Below are positions 9,911 to 17,755 of a DNA stretch of 64,000 bases, piece by piece. Both the position numbers and the translations under genes were made by a program. Every line of letters starts with the position of its first letter. Position 1 is the first letter of the stretch. The stretch comes from an uncultured Candidatus Saccharibacteria bacterium (GTDB taxonomy: Bacteria; Patescibacteriota; UBA1384; JAMDBS01; CAYSHH01): the NCBI GenBank assembly GCA_964430945.1, contig CAYSHH010000001.1:82678-146677 (forward strand), in the 5' to 3' direction. Under the pieces are notes generated by a model. That model searched no databases. It was not told where the DNA came from and saw only the letters and a list, made by a program, of their open reading frames with translations.

Positions 9911-11386
9911 TTATTGATGTATAAAAACTTGCGTTCCTACTGATGCCCATCCATACACATTTGCTGCGGCACCCACACCTAGACGTATACAACCGTGGCT
10001 TACTGGAGTTCCCAAATGTGACTCACCCTCTTTATAACCATCAGGCCATTCTGGAAGCTCATGTATACCATATCCTCCACCTATATCCATCCAATAAGGC
10101 ATATAAAGTCCGTATTTTGCTGACCATGCACGATCAGATTTACCAGAAATAGTTCTTGTACCAATAGGAGTAGGCATATCCCATTTACCAGTAGATACAC
10201 TATATGAACCAACTTCATTTTCACCTTCAAAAAGATATAATGTTTGAGTTGAAAGGTTTACTTCGATATATTTCCCATCAGCTAGACCTGGTGTACCACC
10301 TGACTTCTTATTCTGAGGTTGTACTTTTACTTCCTTTTTCTTCTCAATAGTAGTTTTCAGATTAATTAAGTTTTCATCTTTACCAGAATTAAGTGCTGAT
10401 TTTGTATCAATAAAAGCCTTTTCTTGATCAAGCACCACACCATCTGCTCCCTCTGAAATAACCTCACCATTTTCAGCGTTTACTTTAGTATCAACTGCTT
10501 TTTTATCAATTTTCGAAGCCAAATAGGCGATATATTCTCTTATGCCATCATCAGATAGCTCTGCCCTAGGTGCCGAATGCTTCTGAATAGTAAACCACTT
10601 TATCTTATTTTCAGAAGTAGGCACATATTCAATATAATTATTTTTATAAACAATTTTTTTATTAAGATAATTCTCAACATCGCCCCTTACACTTTCCAAA
10701 TCAGCAACCGTCAAATCTGCGGGCTTATTTTCAGTGATTATCGCAACTCTTTGGTAAATATTTTCCGAACTAGCATTTTTTTCAATATTATTCTTCAATA
10801 AATCAAAACCAACCACAGTACCATTTTCCTCGTCTAAGATAACGATTTCACCATTTTCAACACTCATCTCGGCATCTTTAGATTCTTTAATCTTGTCAGA
10901 GGCAAGTTCATTGATTTTTGATTCAAATTTATCTTTATCAAAATTTACAACCAATGGGATATTTTCACCTTTAAAAAGTGATTTATATACATTCTCAACA
11001 TTGGCCAAATCACTTACTTTATTTCTTCCATAATTGTAAGCAGCTTCATAAGTTGCCTCTTTGTCAAAACTTATACCCAAATCTTCGTAGCCGACTGATC
11101 TTTCACCGTCGTTTGTATTAGTGAAAACCAACCCGACACCATTCAATTTTTCTATACGCTTTTCAATAGTATTTAAGGCTTCTTCTTTGGTATATCCACC
11201 AACATCAAAACTCGCTATTTTTACACCTGGATAAACTTTATCCCTAAAACTTTCAACATAAACTAGAGTACCAACTAAAATAAGGGTTAAAAAAATAAAA
11301 ATTCCCATCAATATGGGAAGTAATATCTTCTTAGCCTTTGTTTTTGTTTTTGTTTTTTTTGTTATACCAAGTAATTTTTGCATCAT
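9911..11386 (-). CDS. Membrane-anchored L,D-transpeptidase (YkuD) with PG-binding/VanW-like stalk
   Basis: N-terminal TM; YIEVNLSTQTL, VSTG, GIH...SHGCIRL catalytic motif. Confidence 0.92.
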   Translation of the reverse strand: MMQKLLGITKKTKTKTKAKKILLPILMGIFIFLTLILVGTLVYVESFRDKVYPGVKIASFDVGGYTKEEALNTIEKRIEKLNGVGLVFTNTNDGERSVGYEDLGISFDKEATYEAAYNYGRNKVSDLANVENVYKSLFKGENIPLVVNFDKDKFESKINELASDKIKESKDAEMSVENGEIVILDEENGTVVGFDLLKNNIEKNASSENIYQRVAIITENKPADLTVADLESVRGDVENYLNKKIVYKNNYIEYVPTSENKIKWFTIQKHSAPRAELSDDGIREYIAYLASKIDKKAVDTKVNAENGEVISEGADGVVLDQEKAFIDTKSALNSGKDENLINLKTTIEKKKEVKVQPQNKKSGGTPGLADGKYIEVNLSTQTLYLFEGENEVGSYSVSTGKWDMPTPIGTRTISGKSDRAWSAKYGLYMPYWMDIGGGYGIHELPEWPDGYKEGESHLGTPVSHGCIRLGVGAAANVYGWASVGTQVFIHQ

Positions 11387-11573
11387 CCCACCTTGAATTT
11401 TTATTTTTGTTTAATTTTTATATTTTTATCATTTTTTTTAACATTATGCTATCATAGCACAAAAAAACGTTGAAGTCAAGGTTGGCTTATGGTAAAATAA
11501 ATTAACTTTCAAAAAATATTTCGCATTAATATATATCTATTATCTTTCATTATTAGATATTATTTATTTTTGG

Positions 11574-11649
11574 GGGTGTGTAGCTCATCGGTTAGAGCAC
11601 GACTCTTATAAAGTCGGGGTAGAGGGTTCGATTCCCTCCACACCCACCA
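11574..11649 (+). tRNA. tRNA-Ile with TAT (UAU) anticodon
   Basis: GGGTGTG/CACACCC acceptor stem, CGACT CT TAT AA AGTCG anticodon arm, GGTTCGATTCC T arm, A73 and encoded CCA. Confidence 0.92.
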
Positions 11650-11675
11650 CAAAAAGACTCACGTGAGTTCTTTTT

Positions 11676-12653
11676 TTATTTAAAACAATATTTTTCTATC
11701 ATATCAACAATTACTTTTCCGACATTATCACCTTTTCCCCTAGATGGGTATTGGTGCATATCAATACCCGGAAAAGAATTTACCTCGATTACTTTACCGA
11801 GATTACCATAATTATCTTTTGAGATATCTTCAGTCACAATATCAACACCAGCATATTTAAGACCAATCACTTTTGCAGCTTTTTCGGCTAATTTAATATA
11901 ACTTTTATGTACTTTGTCAGTAATTACTTCAGTCTCTCCGCCCTTACTTTGGTTTGAAGTTTCTTTAAGATAAATAACTTCTCCCTTTCTTGGAACCTCA
12001 TCAAGTGTATATTCATTTTTGATTAATAATTTTTTTGTCTCATCATTAATTTCAATTTTTACAAGTGGCTTTGTATATCCACTGCCTCTAAGAGGATTTT
12101 TATTTTCAATATTAATTAATTTTTTTATACTATTCTTACCATCTCCGACAACTGTTGCTGGAATTCTCATCACAGCAGAAACAAATTTCTCATCAATGAT
12201 TAATAATCTGTGATCTCTACCTCTTATATACTTTTCTACAGCTATGGTTTTATATTTTTCTAGTGCCATATCGCTTTCGTATAGTAAATCTTTAATATTT
12301 TTAATATTAACAATTACTCCTTCGCCATGAGCTAAATTTATTGGCTTAATAACGACAGGAAATTTTATTTTTTTAGCAGCTTTTTTTATCTGTTTCAAAT
12401 CAGTACAAACAATATGTTTGGGTACAGGTATTTTATTAACCTTACAAAAATAATGGGTAAATTTTTTATTATTAGAAATTAATGCATTTAATGCAAAATC
12501 AATTGGAGCATTAGAACCTTTTATTATAATACTTTTTTTATGTTTAGATATCTTAAAAAAACTATTACCAATTGGCAAAAACTCAATATGATAGCTTCTT
12601 TTTGCAAATTCAGATATAAGTAACTTGGTACCAAGTGTGATATTTTTATTCAT
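11676..12653 (-). CDS. Stand-alone ATP-grasp ligase resembling the ATP-grasp domain of cyanophycin synthetase / GshF
   Basis: FPVVIKP..L.HGEGV, EKYIRGRDHRLL, RIPATVVGDG, N.SKGG, AGVDIV, IEVNSFPG..MH.YP; no Mur ligase domain. Confidence 0.85.
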   Translation of the reverse strand: MNKNITLGTKLLISEFAKRSYHIEFLPIGNSFFKISKHKKSIIIKGSNAPIDFALNALISNNKKFTHYFCKVNKIPVPKHIVCTDLKQIKKAAKKIKFPVVIKPINLAHGEGVIVNIKNIKDLLYESDMALEKYKTIAVEKYIRGRDHRLLIIDEKFVSAVMRIPATVVGDGKNSIKKLINIENKNPLRGSGYTKPLVKIEINDETKKLLIKNEYTLDEVPRKGEVIYLKETSNQSKGGETEVITDKVHKSYIKLAEKAAKVIGLKYAGVDIVTEDISKDNYGNLGKVIEVNSFPGIDMHQYPSRGKGDNVGKVIVDMIEKYCFK

Positions 12654-12852
12654 ATTTTCTGTCAAACTTTTATTGAGCACTTATTATATTAGTATTTCAA
12701 CTACAATCTTACACTATAATAGGTACAAATACAATTCAATTTGCAACTACAAACACAAAATTATTTGATAAATTGAGTATTTATAATAGATATTTTATTT
12801 TAAAGTTGAATTATAGTAAAATGTTCATTAGATATTATTAAAAAATTAACAC

Positions 12853-14091
12853 ATGAAAAAACTAAATATTTTCTTACTAGGCAAACCATCCATGCCTCAA
12901 ATAAACTACTTGATTAAAAACAATTATAATATATATGCAGCTGAAGATAAAAATGAAAAAAATATCTTTCCCAAAGAAGTAAAATCTATTTTCAAAATAG
13001 ATTTGTCAAACAAGGCAGAAACTATAAAAAAAATATCTAAAATCCCAAAATCACAACGGCCCGATGCTCTTCCTTCTAGATATGAAAATTATGTTCTAGC
13101 AAAAACATGGATCGGTGAATATTTTAATATTAAAGTACCTACCGAAGATGCTGTCAAGGCAGCTACAGACAAATATATTATGAGAAAAAAATTCATGAAA
13201 TATGATCCATCAATTACACCGCACTTTAAACTGGTTGATGATCTAGATGGTATAAACGATTTTATGAAAACTCATTCTTTTCCGATTATCCTAAAACCAA
13301 CAAATCTTTTCAAAAGTCTGATGGTCACAAAAAATGACAATATGGATCAGTTAAAAACCAATTATCAAAAAACAAAAAAAGTTATTGCAAAAGTCTACAA
13401 ACAATATGGCGTAACACACCAAAAACCACGCATGATTATAGAAGAGTATTTAGATGGCCCATCATACTCGGTAGAAGCTTTTGCAGACAAAAATCATAAA
13501 ATATTTACTACCCCAGTAACAGATTTGGTAATGGCTAGAGATTTAGGCATTTCGGATAATTATAATTATTCTAGAAAATTGCCATCGAAACTTTCCGAAA
13601 AAAAACAAAAACAAATTCAAGAAGTTGCAAAAAAAGGAATGCTTGCGCTCGGTCTTTATAACTCTCCTGGACATGTGGAAATTATCGATACAAAAAATGG
13701 CCCAAAAATAATAGAAATCGGAGGAAGAATAGGCGGATATAGAACCAGAATGTATATGAGCGCCTTTGGTATTGATCTTGAAAAGATAGATATTGACCTA
13801 TCACTTGGAAATACCCCCATCATTAAAATAAGTAAAAAAAATTATTGTGCTGTTTACGAACTCTTTCCCAAACAAGTAGGAAAATTTAAGGCGATCACTA
13901 ACATTGATCAACTGAAAAAGTTAAATTCATTAGCATATATTTCAATTAAGAAAAAAATTGGTGAAAAAATTGGCTTATCACAAAACGGATATAAAATGAC
14001 AGCTATAATAATTCTCACGAACAAAAACAAAAAACAATTCGAAAACGACTGTCAATTCGTAGAAAATAAAGTAAACGTCATCACAAAATAA
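12853..14091 (+). CDS. ATP-grasp carboxylate-amine ligase (L-amino acid ligase-like)
   Basis: TDKYIMR, FPIILKP, IIEEYLDGPSYSVE, HVE, IIEIGGRIGG. Confidence 0.85.
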   Translation: MKKLNIFLLGKPSMPQINYLIKNNYNIYAAEDKNEKNIFPKEVKSIFKIDLSNKAETIKKISKIPKSQRPDALPSRYENYVLAKTWIGEYFNIKVPTEDAVKAATDKYIMRKKFMKYDPSITPHFKLVDDLDGINDFMKTHSFPIILKPTNLFKSLMVTKNDNMDQLKTNYQKTKKVIAKVYKQYGVTHQKPRMIIEEYLDGPSYSVEAFADKNHKIFTTPVTDLVMARDLGISDNYNYSRKLPSKLSEKKQKQIQEVAKKGMLALGLYNSPGHVEIIDTKNGPKIIEIGGRIGGYRTRMYMSAFGIDLEKIDIDLSLGNTPIIKISKKNYCAVYELFPKQVGKFKAITNIDQLKKLNSLAYISIKKKIGEKIGLSQNGYKMTAIIILTNKNKKQFENDCQFVENKVNVITK

Positions 14092-14094
14092 CGA

Positions 14095-16482
14095 TTATAT
14101 TTCTAATTTCTTATAAATTTTATTAACAACGCGCTTGATTCGAGATTTAAGCTTATTATCAACTCCTATTACTACTTGAGGAAATATCAAATTCATAATT
14201 TTAGTATCACTATCCTGGACTTCGACATAGGTCCCTTTTTCAGTTATAGATTCAGCAAGTATAAATTCATTAGATAATTTATCAAAATCTCGCGGCAAAA
14301 TACTTTCTTTTTTGTATTTGATGTTGCCGTGATCATCAAATTCATAGATACCAGAATCAATATGTTTATTTATATGAATTTGTTTATTGGCAGTATTGTA
14401 AAGATAAAGTACTGAATATTTTTTATTCTTACTAAGCTTATGTAAGATTTTCGATTCATTAAAATCATAGTTGATCTTAAATGATTCCAACATCTGAAAA
14501 GCCTCCATTGGAATAATATTATTTGATATTCTTATCAAATCTTCAATCACGTTTGATGATGTTTTATGAGCCTTACACCCTATCGAGTAAACCTCATTAT
14601 TTTTTAATATAAATTCCAAACTAAACAGCCCTCTATATTTACTTTGTTTAATCATTTTCATGCCAATTTTTCTAGCAGTATCTGACACCAATTGCTTCTC
14701 AGCATTGCTAAGCGTCTTAGCACCCCATATGAATCCGCATCTTTTATTTCTGTATACAGCCTTTGTATTATAAAGATCGTCAATGTCTGTCATCTGTAAT
14801 CCAACATTGCCTAAAAGCACCTTCCCTGCCGCAATACAACAGTTTATTGCCACTACCTTACCATCAATATATTTTACGATGTCTACTTCATCAATTTTTT
14901 CATGTCGATAAGTCTGATGTCGAATAAGGTTTTTTAAATTATCAAACTCACTTTTACTACGAATCGTAAAAGTATTTCTGTTAGCTTTCGCTGTATTCTT
15001 AGGACATTGCACTACAAATACATCTTTATAAATATTTTGTGCCTGGGTATAAGACAATTTTTTAAATTCACTATAAGAAAAATTTTTATATTGAGGTGCA
15101 TTAAAATTATTTTTCTCCAAAAACCGATGGAATTTAAGTTTATTCTCAAATTGTTCTTTGGTCTTTGGAGTATTAGTATAAACCAAACTTACATTTATCT
15201 GTGCAACTATACTGTCAATGATATCGTCTTTGTCGCTAATAAATAAATGGCGGTCTTTATATCTTCTAAGATAATTTTCGATTTCCGCAAAATCAATTTG
15301 TTCATTTTCATGCAAGGACGAATTGTAGTTTACAAAATCGATATCTTTTTCTTGAACAGACCTTACCTTGCAATAATTTCTAAGCATGGAAAGATCACTA
15401 GTTTTTGTATAGCTCAACACATGATATTTATCAATAAAAAAACCCGGCACTATCTTACTAAATGCCTTTTTACCCATTCCGAAAATATTAGCATCAAGAT
15501 CGGCAAAAACTTTTCTTATACCAGACATCGTACTAATTTTATATTTTCTATCGGAAGTTTTTATTTTTTTAATTTTTTTTTTAGCTCTATCAACTGTATA
15601 TTCAAGCACAATTCTTGCCGTTTTCGGATCCTTCTTTGTACCTGGATTTTTATTTATTTCAATAAAATAATATTGATTATTGTAAAACATAAAGTCTACT
15701 GCTGCAATTTCTAGTCCAACCAAATTGGCAATATCTACTGCAACATTTTGTAATTCTTTGCTGGGTTTAAAATATCCTTTTTTACCTCCAAGAGCCACAT
15801 TCGCTCGAAAGTCTTTTTTGGGAGCATGTCTTATAATACCCTTAACTACTTTATTTCCCACTACAAATAGTCTGTAATCGGTTCCACCCTCAACAGGTAA
15901 ATATTCTTGTACTACAACACTTTGACCATTAAATACCATTGAATTTATTACAGACTTGGCACTTCTTTCAGACTCAACTATAGAAACACCTGCACCACCA
16001 GCACCAAATTGACTCTTTATAATTAGTGGGTATTTTTTAAATTCCTTTATGATATCTGGTATATTTTCAACACTACTAATCATAGCAGTTTTTGGTGTAA
16101 CATATCCGTGGGCAGAAATATATTCACCCTGCCAAAATTTGTCGTTAGAAATAAGCATTCCTTTTGTATAATTAATAACTGGAATACTAGTATGATTACG
16201 AATATAATCCATGGCGTTTAAAGCCAATACAAAATCTTTAAAAGAAACATCACTATCAATTCTAGGTAAAATCACATCAACTTTGATTTTTTTTCGATTA
16301 TAGTATAAATATTTATCTTTTTCTTTTGTTCCATTCTTATTGCTGGAAAACTCAAATTGCATCTGTTTAGGATCTAGAATAATCGATTTGGCATTGTATT
16401 CTTTCTCAAATTTTGCAAAATACTCTAAGAGTGAAGCATTATCGTGTCTTTCATTAATACTTAAAATACCAATTTTTATCAT
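14095..16482 (-). CDS. RimK-family ATP-grasp ligase fused to a second, degenerate ATP-grasp-like domain
   Basis: N-half: NDKF, TPKT, GAGGAGV, QEYL, DYRLFVVG, FRANVALGG, AVD, IEINKNPG; C-half: FENK, VVQ, KYIDG, YRGLFSLEF but IGCKAH where IEINPR is expected. Confidence 0.82.
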   Translation of the reverse strand: MIKIGILSINERHDNASLLEYFAKFEKEYNAKSIILDPKQMQFEFSSNKNGTKEKDKYLYYNRKKIKVDVILPRIDSDVSFKDFVLALNAMDYIRNHTSIPVINYTKGMLISNDKFWQGEYISAHGYVTPKTAMISSVENIPDIIKEFKKYPLIIKSQFGAGGAGVSIVESERSAKSVINSMVFNGQSVVVQEYLPVEGGTDYRLFVVGNKVVKGIIRHAPKKDFRANVALGGKKGYFKPSKELQNVAVDIANLVGLEIAAVDFMFYNNQYYFIEINKNPGTKKDPKTARIVLEYTVDRAKKKIKKIKTSDRKYKISTMSGIRKVFADLDANIFGMGKKAFSKIVPGFFIDKYHVLSYTKTSDLSMLRNYCKVRSVQEKDIDFVNYNSSLHENEQIDFAEIENYLRRYKDRHLFISDKDDIIDSIVAQINVSLVYTNTPKTKEQFENKLKFHRFLEKNNFNAPQYKNFSYSEFKKLSYTQAQNIYKDVFVVQCPKNTAKANRNTFTIRSKSEFDNLKNLIRHQTYRHEKIDEVDIVKYIDGKVVAINCCIAAGKVLLGNVGLQMTDIDDLYNTKAVYRNKRCGFIWGAKTLSNAEKQLVSDTARKIGMKMIKQSKYRGLFSLEFILKNNEVYSIGCKAHKTSSNVIEDLIRISNNIIPMEAFQMLESFKINYDFNESKILHKLSKNKKYSVLYLYNTANKQIHINKHIDSGIYEFDDHGNIKYKKESILPRDFDKLSNEFILAESITEKGTYVEVQDSDTKIMNLIFPQVVIGVDNKLKSRIKRVVNKIYKKLEI

Positions 16483-16557
16483 AACATTCCTCTCTACTAA
16501 ATAATTATTCTGATACCAAGTTTACAATATTTTGTTTATTTGCAACAGGTCTAATGA

Positions 16558-16586
16558 TTGACAAACCTGTTATTTTTTGCTATACT
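16558..16586 (+). promoter_or_regulatory. sigma70-type promoter for CAP-domain gene
   Basis: TTGACA-17 bp-TATACT with TG extension. Confidence 0.65.
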
Positions 16587-16619
16587 ACTCTAATTTAGTA
16601 AAATTCATAAATCAATTAT

Positions 16620-17186
16620 ATGAATAATACATCAAAAAAAATAATTTCTAGCTTTACGACTATTCTCATTATACTCTATCTTTTAAGTTGTTATCAAACA
16701 ACTCTCGCTTCGTCAATATCTCCCGAAAAGCTATCCGAACTATTAAATCAAGAGCGTACAGCAAGAAATCTTGATAGTCTCAATTGGGATTCCAAACTTG
16801 AATCTGCATGCAAATCCAAAGCTGATCATATGATCGATCATAATTATTTTGAACACTATGCGCCAGATGGTACTTCGCCATGGTTTTTTATTAATAATGC
16901 AAATTACTTATATAAGTTCGCTGGTGAAAATTTAGCTATTGACTTTACAACCTCAGAAGCTATAAATGATGCATGGATGGCAAGTCCAACACACAGAGAA
17001 AATATACTGGATCCCAAATACAAAGATTTTGCTATTTGCACAAAAAAAGGAAAAATTGATAATGAGGATACCACTGTTGTGGTCGAAATTTTTGGCGCTA
17101 AGGATAACCCAGTACTTGCCAAAACAAATAGACTTGTCGCATCAATATTAAATTATCTTCTTGGAAAATCCACTGAAATAAAATAA
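16620..17186 (+). CDS. CAP/SCP domain secreted protein
   Basis: Signal/TM, LNQER, YFEH, AGENLA, WMASPTHRENIL. Confidence 0.92.
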   Translation: MNNTSKKIISSFTTILIILYLLSCYQTTLASSISPEKLSELLNQERTARNLDSLNWDSKLESACKSKADHMIDHNYFEHYAPDGTSPWFFINNANYLYKFAGENLAIDFTTSEAINDAWMASPTHRENILDPKYKDFAICTKKGKIDNEDTTVVVEIFGAKDNPVLAKTNRLVASILNYLLGKSTEIK

Positions 17187-17223
17187 TAAATCCTAATTAC
17201 ACAAATCGTTTATCTTATCCACT

Positions 17224-17253
17224 AAAAAATACCTTGACCAATAAGGTATTTTT
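17224..17253 (+). terminator. Intrinsic terminator
   Basis: AAAAATACCTT-GACCAAT-AAGGTATTTTT. Confidence 0.7.
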
Positions 17254-17327
17254 TATATCAGATAACACTTATCTTACACGTTCGTCGTATGTATATCTTA
17301 TCCACAACAACGCACGTCAACTGTATA

Positions 17328-17755
17328 TTGACATACACAATATATGTTTCTAATCTAGAAATAGTCTTTATGGCATACTTAATAAGTAGACCATTTCGAA
17401 ATTTGTTCTTAGGTCACAAGCTTAGGAATCATGCAAATTTTTGAAACGATCTATTCTACAAGCGCTATGATGACACGAAAGAAATTAGACTACACTATTT
17501 AAAATTGTAGGCAAAAACAAACTTGTATATTTATCAAGTAGTATTTTTATTGTTGTATAAAATATATCATTTACAGGTTAACGCCTATAAATGAGAACTC
17601 TTTAAAAGAATCTAAATTTCATGCGATCTCGTAAAGGAGGTGGATCGTAAATTTTTTAGTTTCTCGAATTTATAAATACAACAACAAACAAAATTAATTA
17701 TTATTTTTCACAAAAAAAATTATCAAAAATTATTTGTGAAAATGGAGGAAAAACA
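17328..17755 (+). promoter_or_regulatory. Promoter plus long structured 5' leader of surface-protein gene
   Basis: TTGACA(17328)-17-TAATCT; ~110 nt G-U-containing hairpin 17364-17474 and further stems; DnaA box TTATCCACA at 17298-17306. Confidence 0.5.

Noticed and set aside
11676-12680. Cyanophycin synthetase cphA or gshF
   Set aside because: Only the ATP-grasp part is present; no Mur-ligase or glutamate-cysteine ligase domain and no cyanophycinase
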